Position numbers and translations under genes: made by a program
NCBI RefSeq assembly: GCF_006345805.1
Contig: NC_043000.1
Span: forward strand, 162,440,001-162,504,000
Source of the DNA: Octopus sinensis
Taxonomy: Eukaryota
Reading direction: 5' to 3'
DNA: 64,000 bases
Shown here: positions 12,098 through 27,294 of the stretch, one piece after another
Layout: every line of letters starts with the position of its first letter
Position numbering within the stretch: position 1 is the stretch's first letter
Notes under the pieces: generated by a model
The model's database searches: none
Seen by the model: only the letters and a program-made list of their open reading frames with translations
What the model was told of the DNA's origin: nothing

Positions 12098-14779
12098 GTG
12101 TGTGGGGGGTTAATATATATATGTATATGTATGTAAATGTATATATATATATGTCAATACATGTATATATATATATTATATATATATATATATACAGTTG
12201 AATAATCTCACAGGAAATAGCTCTTTTCTGACCAACCATCCATTGCATTTCAAGTGAAACTTGAAAAAGTCGGTGGAACTCTATTACAAAGATGTTTGTC
12301 CTCAGATCCTTCAATCTGATCCATCATGCCACCTCTTTCGTTATAGCCACTAGAGAGAAGAAAACTGTTTTCCTTGCAAATTTAAAAGAAGAAGGACCGA
12401 GTGATCATTACGATCGACGCAGCTGATCGCCAGATTCGTTCTATATGTGACAGTAGTTGTTCAACATATTACAAGGCAGCAATGCTCTGACTGTTAACCA
12501 ACGCTTGCTAAACAGTTTCGTTACCCTATGCTCATTTCGGACATGCTCCTTTGACAGTTCTTCAATTTCTGTAGAGTTTATCTCAAATCAGTCGAGCCTT
12601 TTGAGAGGCCAAAGACTTTGGAAGTTATTCATAGTAGTCGCCAACTCGAAAGTTCACCGAAACAAACCAGTTTAGGGCCTTTTTATCAACATCCAGAGCT
12701 TTTCAGATGACATCGCCGCTCTTAACCTTCATTAAGCATTTATAAAGCGCTAGTGTCGAGCAATCACTGAAATCGTTAAAATGTTACCAGGTCCCTTTCA
12801 TACTAATAACAAAACATACATAGCGGTTAAGGATGGACGATAGCAAGAAGTTATATCAAAACGAGTGGAGGTGAGAGACGTTACGCAATATATAAAATAT
12901 TAAAATATTTAAATCGCATGAAATATATCAATATTATAAGCACACATAATAATTCTAAAAATAGAGATACAGTTTAAGACTATGCTACATGCACTTCAAG
13001 AACACAAAGGTGCACCTTGTAATGCGCTAAAGGGCAATACATTCTCTACCAATAAATTTGATTGTATTGACTTAGTACAAAACGGCAAATTGGGAAAATT
13101 TCAAGGAAGTTGACGCGTTACGAAAACGGTAAGATCTTTACATCGAATGATAGGAAAAATCATGATGATGATGTCTAACTTTGGCACCAGGGCACACATT
13201 TCTATGGAGGGGTGAAGTATACAGAATTGCCCCCCCCCCCACTACTAGGATTTGAAAGTATGAAAGTCAAAGATGACCTTGGTGTCCCAAATGAGTTAGT
13301 GGAGAAATTTATTTTTCTTGATTACAAATATCAGTAGAGAAGAAAAGAGATAAGGAAAAAAAAAGCAAAGAGTCGCAAAATTGCAAGAATACACAAACCT
13401 AGTGGAACTATTAACCGATTAACCACATGTTCGTCTCTTGTACTTGTCTTATCTTTCAGGTCAGCACATCTGCGAAAAGGTATCTGGCTGTCTGGCTTTA
13501 TGGCGTCAAGTGACTTACATAGATAGAGGTTATGCTATGCACGTGAGCGTCATAGATTTACTATTTTATCAGTGTTTTAGGAAGATAAATAGAATAATAG
13601 GCACGGTGAAACACCCCACTGAATGTTTTGGTCAATGTGTCAGTAATAGCAGAATGATGGATTGACAGAATCGCCAGATCGTCGGAACAAACTTTGCTAC
13701 AATAATTAGTTACGGTCCTTTCTGAATTAAAATACTGACGAGGCTACCTCGTGACCTCGTTTAAAGGAAGTAAAATAAAATAAATACACTGAGGTTATTT
13801 TAATCAATTCAAATGTGTGCTCTTGTGCCTATGTTAGAAATCAATAGTAATAATCAATAACGAAAAAATCCATTTCCTGCCAATAAAATCAATTCTATTC
13901 ACTGCGCTCCTCTGTCACAAATATTGACTTTTCGCTTGACAAAAATATTCTTAACGCTAATTACTATCCATGAACTGATTTCAAATCTCGTCAGACTTGA
14001 CTGTCAATTATCTTATTATCTGGGCAAAAAATTAGTAGTGACATATTAAGAATGATTCAATCCACTACAATTATTTTCTAAAAAGTTTTTGCTCCGAACG
14101 AGTATAAGTTGCTATTATTTATATGATATGAAATTTTGCCAAATTATAATCACAAATTTATTAATATTCCAGACGAGCGAAACTGACGTGACTTATGCCC
14201 AGCCTAAACATTAAAAGCAACGGTGTGTTTCGAACACTTGCAATGTTAGACCAGGCAGTATGAGAGGTCCTTATTTGAAATGCATAGTATTTTTACTGTT
14301 CTGATAACGAAAGAATATCGTTCGAATTAAAGAAACAACCGTAATAATTATTATTCCTATCTTTATTACAAAATGTTATTATGACATATATATATGTATT
14401 AATATATAATATAAGGTTAAAATTATAGTCATCTATATAACTGCAATATTCTTTTATATGCTTCAGCCCTAAGGTTGTGGCCATGCTGGAGCACCAACAT
14501 ATTCTTGTAAATTTTGTACAACGTTTATTAGAGTGGAAGGCAGTGACCGAACATAGTCAATAAAGAGTAGGTTAGAATGCCTTCCAGTATTTCATTACGC
14601 TCCTTTGCTCCTTCATATTTTGAGTTTAGATCCATTGGTCAAGACTTTCAATTTTATTGCAGTGTAATCAATAAAAGAAATTATCAATCAAGTTATGCGA
14701 AAACTAATAATCAAAGCATTCCCAGCGGTAACCGTCTCGTCTTTGTAGTCGGAATCTGTGTCTTCAGTATGAAAAAATA

Positions 14780-14920
14780 ATTGCAGCGTGGAAGGTGTTT
14801 GTAAGCCATTTAAGAAACACACAAAAGCTGTTCGATTCACTTCAACATTTAAGTTTAATTTGTCAAAATATTTTCGTCGCTATAAGACCGCGACCTGTTC
14901 ACTGAAAAACATCCGTGCCA
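14780..14920 (-). mobile_element. Short repeat carrying a hammerhead-like motif (probable PLE-type 3' end)
   Basis: Contains the HHR-shaped motif at 14861-14905 followed by an AT-rich tail. Boundaries are approximate. Confidence 0.45.
14861..14905 (-). ncRNA. Hammerhead-like motif with G3-C8 core variant
   Basis: TCA-GTGAACA-G-GTCGC-GGTCTTATA-GCGAC-GAAA-ATAT-TT-TGA. Helix II GTCGC/GCGAC, palindromic AAATATTT in the helix III position. Confidence 0.55.
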
Positions 14921-15699
14921 AAAATGTTTTCTTTTTAAAAGACAGTGATGCAGGATTTGAGGAAGATTTGGTTATTATTTCTCGCAAACTGAGCGACCAC
15001 GTTGAATCTTTCTAGTAGACTTGTTGTTGTTGTTGGTATTACTACTACTGCCGTTATCAATATATTCTTGCCAAATAGTATAATACAAAAATATTTTGAG
15101 TCAAACGCACGTATGGAAAGGCATTACACAGACTAGATGCATATGTCTAACACATGTATGTGGCTGGGGCAAAAGGTATCTCTCAGGATGTCTGCACCGG
15201 ATGTCAACTTCCTCTGCGCGTCGCTTCATTCACTTAAACTGTTTTCTTTGTAACTGGAGCTTGATGACATTAGTTTATGATTTCTTTTTTTCTTTTTGTT
15301 TTATTACCTTTGACTCTGAAGAAAGTAATTTGAAAAGAAAAAGAAAACAAATAAGAAAGAGAACAAAGACGTTATAAAATAATAACCTGTTACATCGACA
15401 AAATGTTTGAAAAAAATCGTTTTCAAATTCAGACCCTCCAAAACCATGATATTTAGAAAGGAAAGCCAACTGCGAAGTTTTTTTTACAATATACAACAGC
15501 GTTCATTTACTTTGGGCATAATTTACGGGGTCGTATAAGTCCAGATCACAAGAACATTAGTTTTCTAAATGGAGTCAGTTGGATTCGTCATAACTAAATC
15601 GGATACGATAAATTATAAAATTCAATATATCAAACACAATAGATCAAATACACACACACACACACACACGTGTGTGTGTGTGTGTGTGTGTGTAATCTT

Positions 15700-15869
15700 T
15701 CATCTTGTACTTGTTTCAGTCGACTGCAGCCATGCTGGGGTACTGCCTTGGGGAACTTTTTAGTCGAATGTATCCACCCCAGTCCTTATCGGTTCCTTTT
15801 GCCGAACCGATAACTTAAGGGGATGTAAACACACCAGCACCGGTTGTCAAGCGATGGGTAGGGAATACG

Positions 15870-15916
<47 letters not shown>

Positions 15917-16056
15917 TCACATATACACGATTAGCTGTTTTTAAGTTTACGTCTACGAAATCCACTCGCAAGGCTTTGGTTGGCCAGAGGCAAGAAGAAC
16001 ACGCAGTGTGACAGGAGCCGGAACCATGTGGCAAGCTGCTTGCCACACAGTCACGC
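15700..16056 (-). mobile_element. SINE family C copy
   Basis: Same blocks as 10495-10920, including the internal (CA)n. Confidence 0.8.
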
Positions 16057-16110
16057 TTATATATATAATCATATATAAGTATACTGGATACATATACTCA
16101 TACATATGCA

Positions 16111-16154
<44 letters not shown>

Positions 16155-16212
16155 CTGACATATATAATTATATCAAACACACACACACACATATATATAT
16201 GTGTGTGTGTGC

Positions 16213-16591
16213 ATGGAGGCCCAGTGGTTAGGGCAGCGGACTCGCGGTCATAGGATCGTGACTTCGATTCTCAGACCGGGTTTTGCAAGTGTCTATTGAG
16301 CGAAAACATCAAAAGCTCCACGAGGCTCCGGCAGGGGGTGGGGTGGTGGTGGCGAACGCTGCTGTACTCTTTTTCACCACAACTTTCTCTCACTCTTTCT
16401 TCCTGTTTCTGTTGTACCTGTATTTCAAAGGATCAGCCTTGTCACACTCTGTGTAACGCTGAATCCCCCCGAGAACTACGTTAAGTGGTACACGTGTCTG
16501 TGGAGTGCTCAGCCACTTGCACGTTAATTTCACGAGCTGGCTGTTCCGTTGATCGGATCAACTGGAACCCTTGTAACAGGCGGAGTGCCAC

Positions 16592-16592
<1 letters not shown>
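16213..16592 (+). mobile_element. Near-full tRNA-derived SINE (family B)
   Basis: Head matches 1601-1710. The body ends ...GATCGGATCAACTGGAACCCTTGTAACAGGCGGAGTGCCAC before (TA)n. Confidence 0.8.
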
Positions 16593-16656
<64 letters not shown>

Positions 16657-19600
16657 ATATAATCAATTACATTGAGAACAAATATCAATAATGGCTTCTT
16701 GTTTGAGTGTCTCACAAGTAAATTTTAAAATAATCTGTCATCCGGATTAAGAAAAAAAAAACATATAAAACAGATCAAGCCTACGTTTGAGCAACAAGAG
16801 AATATGTACTATACGGAAATAGGTCACATAAAAGAATCATTTACTGATCGTATTATGTGGACGGTAGATATATTCTGTCTGTTCAGTTTCTCGAATCAAA
16901 TCACAACATGCTAAGAATATGTCAAACATTAGCTTGTGTAAAATATACCTATCGACATAATAATATGGCGAAGCTGCTATTTACATCTAGCCAACCACTT
17001 GTCCAAAAGTGGTCTGTGTAAAAACATTAAGAAAAAAAAAACGTAAAGTGTAATGAAAGAGAAATCATAGTGATCAAGAGAAAGAAGGATGATCATTTCT
17101 GAAATCAATACACGAAATTACAAATGGTAGACATGAAAGATTCTTAGAATAGAATGAAGAAAAGAGCAAAAGAAAAATCTCAAAATTGAACAAGAAATTT
17201 AGACTGAAATTGACATTGATGTTAATAGAGAAAATAGAAGGTGTTCTGTTGTTGCTGTTTAGTCCCACGCCAGTTCGATTCGATCAGACTATTATGAAAG
17301 GCGTTCCAGCCATAATCATCATGTTTTTTCTCTGTGTAAGGAAACAAGAGACCATTTATCTATTATGTCACTTTCTAACGACTATATATTTAGGGTGCGA
17401 ATTGTAGGAAGTTTGACTGCTTTTTGTAGCAAGTCCAGCAACCATTAGCTCGAAAAGTGTTTAGTAGTAATAGAGGGGGGAATAAAAGCGGAGCAAAATG
17501 AAATCCGTACACAAACAAAATCATCCTCAAATCACACTCTATTCATCTTATTACTACAAAAGAACAAAAGATTGGATATTATAATCGTAGGTACACTATT
17601 CTTGTGAAAAATGAATGGCGGCCATTGACTGCTCGATCAAGCCAGACCACGACTACAAAGCAAAACATTAAGTAGTCACGAAGAATGATATAATAACGCA
17701 GGAAATCATGGTGGATTGCAATCAGTATATAATTGCGGCACTTGTTGTTTTGCACTCGATAAACCCTAGCCATGCTGATATATTAATTAAAGGCAATCCG
17801 GCAGTCACTCCTTGTCTTTTTTTTTTTAGGGTTATCTAAATTATGACTAATTTATCTAAATCTGTCTTTAAAAAGGGTAGGATATGATTAAGCAAAATTT
17901 TGTTGCTATCTCTAGCAGCAGATGAAAGAAATGTGTAGAAATTCCTTTGACTAAGTCTTTTTTGTTTCCGATGTCATTTCAGACTCAATGTTTGCCTTTA
18001 ACAGCATTTAAGAAGGTATACCGTAAGTTAGCTGTCGAATTACAAAAAATGACGATAGAGAAATGAAAATGACTCGATTTCTAGCGCCAGTAAATGTGTC
18101 CCAATTCAGTCAGTCGATCTTGTAGAAATAACAGCCAAATTTTACTCAAATTCTTATCTTAAAAAAAAAGGACAAATTGGATAATGTAGTATTAAATACT
18201 TTATAGCGAAAATATAAGATGATGGGATGGCCACCGCTATAAGGGCTTTGAGAATCATAAAAAATCCAAAAGTCATAATTAAAATATGATAATTGGTGTT
18301 TTAATCGTGTTTGCAATAATATTATAATGTCGGAATGTCTAAGCTGTCGTACGAATTATTAGATATAACTAATAAATGTCTCTGCAAGGATAACCTACCA
18401 TTTAAATAAAAGGAATAACATATATAAGACTGTAAGAAGCAGGATGGTCGTGACTAAAACGAATTTGGCCATAGGTTGCCCGACCAGTGATGCGCAGGCG
18501 TTAAGCAAGGACATCAACCTTAATAGAAGGCTTTTTCTCTCGAAATCGTTGAAGTAATTTAACGAAAGGGAAAGATTACTCTAAAGAAAATGGCCGCTAG
18601 AAAAAATCGATGACAATTCAAGTAAATGTAAATATGTGACAGCAACTATAAGTAAAACAGTAAATATTAGCTTTAATACACTCTCTCCTAACTCACATAC
18701 ACTCGTGAATATGCACGCACTCAGACATACACACGCAGAAATACATGCACAAACACACACATAAACGCACACACTCACACACACGCACACACTCACATAC
18801 ACACACACATACGTACGCAAGGAGGCACGAATATACATATTTGAATTCACACAAGAGGAGTTGAAATATGGATTTTTGTCCACTGATTAATATAACTTTA
18901 TAATATGCATAAAAACAAACTGAAACTATATATATATATATATATATTCTTTCAATATGTATAACGTCGATATAACTTAATAATAAATCTGGAGTTTAAT
19001 AATTTCATCAATATCTAGCTATAGATTTAAATCACAAATTTGTTACATTTTTTAATATACAATTTCATAGTTTATTATCAATAGTTTTGATGCAAATATA
19101 CATTTATTTTAACTATATTTGACAACGTCGTTTTTTAAAATTCTTAATATATTTCTTATAAATGATAAGTTTGGGAAAGTATATCGTTAAGAAGCGTCTC
19201 ATATGCATGTATATTTTATAGTTATGTACAATTTCAGCAATTTTTCTTTAACGATTTCTACAAACTCAGTTGTAATTTACGTTATGAAATTCAAGTTTGT
19301 TTTCATTTAATCAAAACTGGCGCAGCAAATTTTGGTTATACACTGTCTTTAGCATCGCAGGCCCATAGTTTAGAGTTTCTCAGACCGAGCTACATCTATC
19401 CTGAGGAATACATGAGAAAAACAGAAAAACACCAGCATTTTTGAAGCAGTCACAACCTACCATACGCAACTCGAGAGCCTTTTTCTATCCTATCCACTTA
19501 TCATTATGAACAAGGGTCTTCAGCAATGTCTATAACGAAGAATATTTTTGTGCAAGACTGTTTATTGAGAAACGTATGGGGATGTGCCTCTCTGACACTA

Positions 19601-20021
19601 AGCCCAGAAGTGAGTTATTGTAGAAAAGAGCGAAGCTCGTCCATTGCGTTAAAATTATGACGTTAAATAAAACTGTTTTTTACAAAGATACAAGACCAGA
19701 AATTCTGGCATCAGTACTAGACTTATTTTATTAAATCCAGGGGGATAAAACGTAAACTTGACACAGGGGATTTGAAATCTTTAATGAAATTAACTGATTA
19801 AGCATCCAACTACACTAAGGATACCTAATGGTTAAGCATCCAACTGCGCTTGGGATATCCAATGCAGAATTTCGAAACAACAACGCACGTAAGGAACAAA
19901 TAATATATATTTGTGTTTGTCATAATCTTTCCATTTCCTTCTCATAATCAGTAATACTACTAACTGTACACACACACACGCACACACACACACACACACA
20001 CACATACACACACACACACAC

Positions 20022-20214
20022 ACATTCGCAACTTCGGTGGTGGGTATGTCAATTACATCGACCACAGTGCTCAACTGGTACTTATTTTATAGACCCTGAG
20101 AGAATGAAAGCAAAGTCGACCTCGGCGGAATGTGAAATCAGAAGGTAAAGGCGGACGAAATACTACCAAGCATTTTGCTTGGCGTGTTAACGATTCTGCC
20201 ACCTCACCGCCTTA
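20022..20214 (-). mobile_element. SINE family A copy
   Basis: Reverse complement of the 432-600 unit (AAAGTCGACCTCGGCGGAAT...ACGATTCTGCCACCTCACCGCC). Confidence 0.8.
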
Positions 20215-20608
20215 CGCTCATTATATATTAGCCTTTAGTTATACCACTAATAGACATGTATCGTTGCCCTACTTGATAGCAGTTCCAAATAACTTCTGCT
20301 GAATTTATTGTTTTGATCACGGAAACTTATGAACTATATGTTACCGTAAGACCTATCAACAACGAACTTCTTCTTAAACTCCCGTTATATTTTTACCTCC
20401 TCTTTATGCCACCATCACCCTCTTTGTCAATCAAAGTAGATGAAGCAGACATTAATTTTTACCGTTTAAATTCGATCGTTACTATCTTAAAATTTCATAC
20501 CTATCTTAACTGTCATTAGAAATATTGATTTTGCCACAAAACTTCTAGAAGTGTCTTTTATGCAGCATTTTCCTTTTTTTTTTCATTTCTTTTCGGTGAT
20601 AGTACTTT

Positions 20609-20652
<44 letters not shown>

Positions 20653-20812
20653 CTGTCTAAATGTATAATTTAGTTTTATTTTTACTTATTTCTGGCATCA
20701 GATGCAATACGGCAAGTATTGAATTAGTTTATGTGTGTTGTAAGGACTTCTTTAATATATGCATGAACACACATACAACCGCACACGTACATACATATTC
20801 ACATACATGAAC

Positions 20813-20896
<84 letters not shown>

Positions 20897-21039
20897 ATGT
20901 ATGTATGTATGTATATACCTACTTACGTTGTTGTGTATTTACACATAAATATGTCTTCTCTCCACTTACATGTACTGACTATTGAGCTACTATTACGGAA
21001 ACAAGAGACGTTGAGACATATCCTGCGCGAAGTAAGATG

Positions 21040-22680
21040 GAAGAATACGCAGACAACGTCATTTTTATAACGTCAGACACCATCGAGGTGATCATCACTG
21101 TTCGAAAGTACTATGAAGCGATGAAAGGAGTACATATTAATCAAGATAAGTCAGTGGTCACGCAGTTTGGTCAATAGAGCGACAGCTTCATGTCATCCAT
21201 TGGTGCTGGACGGACATACCGGTTAAATTGCTGATTAGAACGAGGTGACGATCAGAGTGGCTAATCTTACTCAAAAACTGGCCAAGACAAAGCTATCCCT
21301 AAATGGTCGGGTAGATGTGGCGAACATCTATATCGTCATATATTATAGCTTAATCATCGTGTCTTGTTTCAGTTCAGATCTTGCTGGCTAGAGCGCCTTC
21401 TCTTCCACTTCCTGTGGAGGAAACACGTTCCACTAGTTTGGGGCTCCGTTTATTGTCAACGTCTGCTGAATGGGAGGCTGGACATTCCATAATTGATGAT
21501 GCGGAGACATGTCCGATTTTCCTGACGGTGAACATTTGAGATCGCCGTTTGTCAGACTCACTTTCCCACAGCTCGTATCTCCGACAGAATTGCAGTTCTG
21601 AATTGAGCGTAGATCGAGGTAGGGTGTCTGGTACTTCGAGTATTGTCAGGCGCTTTAAGAGACCTCCACCAGTCAGGCATTCTGTAATGGGTTACGTGTG
21701 GGCAAGAACGATGATGTTTTTGAAGAATCTATAGGTGTCGACGAAAATCAACAGACTGGCCATTTACTAGGGAGTTCGGACCGGATAATTCGTGAGATTT
21801 CTGACTTTTCGATGTTACTGGTGAGAAGAGGTGACATTACCGGTCAGAGATATACCGTAAATGTATGGAAGTGCCGAATCAGACCGTACCGAGATGCAGA
21901 CTGAGTAACGAAACTGTTTTATACGTACTTGTTCAGTGTCCGAACATTGTTAACTTGTGAAGTTAGATGGAATATCTGGTGTCGCTTTTAAGACAAATCC
22001 AGCTCTCAACTGAATCAGTTGTGAAGATCGCATTGCCGTCTACTTTTATTCGAGAACGACAGGAAAGCTTTTAACTGTCTGGTGGTCTTAGTGAAAAAGT
22101 ATATTCGGGGCTCAGACTGACATGATTGAATGTAGATACATTCTTCTATGACTAAGCTCTCAATATTTTCAAATTTTACTTGAAAAGGAGAGTGAGGGTG
22201 GTGAAGAGAGTGCTGTTTTCTAGCAAATTTGTTTAAAGATACAAGTGGGTGCTGAAAAGTTCCTGGTTTTAAGGGTGTCTCGAAAGGCTTGGTTCGAGTT
22301 TTTTTGCAGGACTTAAAAAAACTGAAGAACCACAGCAATATGTGAATCTCAGAAGGGAATATATGGAATAAAATCATGCCTGGTCTCCATGTATTTTCTT
22401 TACCCAAAATTAGGAACTTTTGTGCAATCCCTCGTACATCAGAATGCCAAAGATGATTCGAATATAAAGGCTTGCTCTGAGCCTGCACCTGAAGACCGAG
22501 GGAAGAGAATGGGAATAAAGCACTTACTTTAGTGGTCAAGGTGACCGTGGTTTTGTGGGGTTTCCGCAAGCGGCACTTTTGGAAAGGTTTACTTTGTTTG
22601 ATTTCTTTGTTTCTTTATTTAGTTATTGTATTGTTTACATTATTTTATGTAACCCGAATTGTAATGTATCATTTTGTACC
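21040..22680 (+). mobile_element. 5'-truncated, degenerate non-LTR retrotransposon (L1/Tx1-like)
   Basis: YADNV (YADD-like) at ~21046 and KLSLNGRVDVANIYI at ~21290, a typical L1/Tx1 post-RT motif. Heavily frameshifted. Confidence 0.6.
22242..22434. mobile_element. Mariner-derived MITE inserted in the LINE relic
   Basis: Left TA-CAAGTGGGTGCTGAAAAGTTCCT; right end reads TA-CGAGGGATTGCACAAAAGTTCCT on the minus strand; TA duplication. Confidence 0.65.
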
Positions 22681-22726
22681 CTCCTCGATTTTCATCGAAA
22701 CTCTTAGTAGTAAGTAAAGAAAGCAT

Positions 22727-22950
<224 letters not shown>

Positions 22951-23178
22951 GACACAATTCTGAGACTGCGTGAAGTACTAATCTGATTTTCTCTTCTCGG
23001 GGCTTTAGTCGCCTAAACACAGTGGCACAACAAGCACCTTGTTGCGCCAGGCACAGCCTCAGCTTTGTACAAATAATAATATTCTAATCTACTTAACAGT
23101 GTTTTATAGTTTCTTTTAGCTTAATTGCAATTTTTAACAGCGTGAAACCACTGTACAATATGTATGTATGTATGTATG

Positions 23179-23212
<34 letters not shown>

Positions 23213-24305
23213 TGTATGTATGTATGTATGTATTGATCTGTGCACAGATATGTATGTATACATAAACATGTAGGTAATAGTAGGCTTTGTTTTTAGTGAT
23301 ATGTTTTATATTTAGTTACACCCAGTTTTAATTTAAGACTTACGATAAAACACAACTGGCCGAGTGTAATAATGTTTAAGCGTGTAGTTTATGGACGACA
23401 TATGTTAAGCATCGCCGCATACAGTCACACGTATCGTTTCATTTACTCACACTCCAATAATACATAGGGAACCATGTAATATATCGTAGTTTGTATTAAA
23501 TTCAACTTATCTTAGACAAATCTAACATGATGCCTGTAATACACATTAAAAACCTGCCAGTAATTATGAAATCCTTATTTAACTGCTGTGTTAAAGAAAC
23601 TAATATAGAGAAAAGATGGTTGTTTAAACCGTTTTGTCTTTATTTCTGGTTAACGGCAGTTGTACACTTATAGAAACTTCCAATAAATTTTCATGACAAT
23701 ATATACTGAATAATTTTGTTTTTCTCTTGCTTAAAACTCTAAATATGATTTCTCGATTGATCACGCGGTTGAAGAGTTCACTTCCACAAATTCTAGATTC
23801 CATCCAAAAATATACTACTGTGGGTAAGCAACGTTTGATATCGCTTCGGCATGCCCACAGGCCCGCGAGCGAAATTTGGTAAACGGAAACTCTGAGGAAA
23901 TGCGTGTGTATTGTAATTTAATTCGCCAGCGTTATTACATGCTGTATTATAAGGGGAGGATCAGAGAAAGTGTTCCTCTCTTCTTAAAACTAGAAAACAA
24001 AAATGATATGATGATGTTCATAATCTAGATCCAAGTACAGAAAGTTTAAGGTGAAGAGATTAGTCGAGACCATCGTCCCTATTACATGACTGGTACTTTA
24101 TTTTATCGACTTTCGGGGATGAAGGTAAAAGTTGAGTAAAGCGAGTTTGATCTCAGAATCTAAAGGGCCGGAAGAAATGCTGTTCTACCATTCTGCAAAA
24201 GATATCTTTGCGGCGTTCACAATCAATATTCCCACCAATATCACATACAACAGAGTAATTGCAGTCCATTTCCATTTTCACCTACACATTACTCTCCTCC
24301 AGCTC

Positions 24306-24360
<55 letters not shown>

Positions 24361-26135
24361 TAGCTCCTCCATTAGCTACTGTAACGTTGATATCATTTAA
24401 TTATAGGAAGTGATAAAATAGACTTTATTGATAATTTATTTCCTAATTAGATAAGATGAAATAAAATAAGTAAATAAAAGAAAAAAATGAAAAAAGACTT
24501 CAAAACCAAAAACAATAAATTATAGTAAATTTACATCGATTTTTCATAATGCTAAAAGAAAAAAAAATCCTGGAAAATTGTTCTTCATGAACACGCATGT
24601 ACGAAAATACTCCGCCAATGCATGGGAACATTTGCATACATATATAAATATTCACAAGCATACAAACATACATGCATATATACATATACAATACATCGCA
24701 CACATATACACATACACATACACGTACTATAATATAACCATTTTAATCAATATCTAGTATTTTTCTGTAAGTGTCTGTGAATTTATATACATATCGCCTC
24801 GGAAACCTAGTCTACATAAAGGCATGCATTCTCTCATATATACATGTAACTCATATGAATTATTCATAAGAGGAAAGAGTTGGTTTGTAACACGGAAATA
24901 TCGCTCCATCTTTGGAATATAGACAGCGAGAATAACATGTTAAATATTAGATTATGTCGAAGTTTTATATAATTTACTGCTTCTGTTTACTATCTGAATT
25001 TGTGAAACTCCCAGTCGTTCAAGATTTTATTAAAAAATCCTAGCAACATAAACATCTGCACATATGTACGTATCTCTGTTCTCGTTTGCTCATAATTATT
25101 TTGAAGTCTTCCTTACAGAAAGGAGTTGCTTTTAACAAAGATACAAAGCTCCATCGCTGGAATGTAGTTAATAAACATAACACATTTTAAACTTGAGAAA
25201 AGTCTTGTATATTTTTATTACTCCCCTTACAGATTGTATATTTAACGTGCATACTAACTAGTTGATTTACCTTCCTCAAAACCTTTACCAATTTGTCGTT
25301 TAAGTATTTACTAACACAGCTATGTGTACCGATTATTATTATCATTATAAATGTGAATCTATAGTCTGGAGGTTCCAAGCAGAGAAATATTCAGACCATT
25401 AATAGAAATGTTACTAGATAGGTCTAGCAGTGTTTCTATTAATCCAGAAACATTTACTCCGGCTTAACTCTAACACTATATGCTCTGGGAATGTCGTAGC
25501 TAGTTCAATGTTTTCTTCAAAACACTCATATTCATGTATGCGTTCATATTCTATGCACGTATGTATGCCTGCATGCATGTATATATGTATGTATGTAATA
25601 TATATACATGTGTGTGTATGTACGTCCGTCTGTCTGTCTGTATATTATATATATATATACATACATACATGCACATACACATACATACATATATACATAC
25701 ATACATATACACATACATACATATATATATATATACACACAAACACACACACACACACACACACACATATGCATATGCTTTTATGCATGCATTTATGCTT
25801 GCATGGATGAACGTATGTGTATATAAATATATGTACATCTGTCTATCTGTCACGTGTTCTTTCCGCTTGTACACACACAAACACAGAAACAACACACACA
25901 CACACAGAAACAACACACACACACAGAAACAACACACACACACAAACACACACACACATACACTCATATATACATATTTGCAATAAGTGGTTGAGTAAGG
26001 ACTGCATAACTGGAAGATGTACGGAGCACCTACATATTTTTGAACCAGAAAATAAAGCAAAAATAGTACATACACACAAACACACATAAGCATATACAAA
26101 CATAATTATGTATGCATACGTGTGTATTTGTGCTT

Positions 26136-26231
26136 GTGAATATACGTGTATCTATATCTGTGGTTTTGTGAATATACGTGTATCTATATCTGTGGTTTTG
26201 TGAATATACGTGTATCTATATCTGTGGTTTT
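26136..26231. repeat. 32-bp minisatellite x3
   Basis: GTGAATATACGTGTATCTATATCTGTGGTTTT at 26136, 26168 and 26200. Confidence 0.9.
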
Positions 26232-27087
26232 GCACTTGCGTGACTTAGCAATAAATGCTTGGCAGAACGATAGAAGCATTCACATTCATATACACACATA
26301 TACGAAATAATGTGAGCGATTTTTCTCCTTATCTCTCGCACTCCTCCCCACCCCTGTTTTTCTGCATGCTTGTGTGTGCGAGGTTTTGTATTTTGCGTGT
26401 AAATGGTTTCCGCGAGAGTGTAAATTAGGCAATAATGCATAAAAAACCCCAAAGCATTGGCATACACATTTATGTGATTCAAATGCAAGTACGATTCTAT
26501 GCATCCATGATTTTTACCTATTTACTCGAATCAGTTGGTGCATCCTCTGTCGATTTCAACGGGTAGCATTCATTTACGGGATCAACTAAACGACTCACTA
26601 GTTAAAACAATTTGTAAGTAGCTGAGTATTCCACAGATATGTGTGTAATTAAAGTAATTCTTTATGTTGATACACGCAACTTGCCTGGAACTATGGATGA
26701 ATTTTTGATTTCTATCCATTGGACAGAGTGTAGCTATGATTCCAAAGCCGAGTTATTTTACATACTTGGGCTTCTACATAGTAACCGTCTACCCAATTCT
26801 ACTCATAAAGTTTGGTACGAACTCGCGACATCCTGATTACAAAGCAAATAGATATTAGTCATTCAACCATAACTGCTTAACTATAACGACATAACCATAT
26901 ACAAATATATAATTCTAAAGTTTAAAGAATAGTCGCGGGTATGACCGTGGTATTAAGGAGCTCGCTTTGCAACTACGTTATTTCGGGTTCAGTCCCACAA
27001 CGTGGCATCTTCTATATGTGTTTCTACTATTGTTACGTGCGATCAATTCTTTGTGCGTGAATGTGGTACTATTTGTGAATGTCTGTC

Positions 27088-27293
27088 ACATACATACATG
27101 CATACATACATACATACATACATACATACATACACACATACATACATACATACATACATACATACATACACACATACATACATACACACATACATACATA
27201 CAGACATACATACATACATACATACATACATACATACATACATACATACATACATGCATACATACATACATGCATACATACATGCATGCATGC
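27088..27293. repeat. (CATA)n microsatellite
   Basis: Direct reading. Confidence 0.95.
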
Positions 27294-27294
27294 A

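Noticed and set aside
13450-13486. Possible micro-exon TTTCAG|...AAAG|GTATCT
   Set aside because: Splice-like signals alone with no other support.
26136-26231. CRISPR-like 32-bp repeats
   Set aside because: Contiguous repeats with no spacers, in a eukaryotic context.
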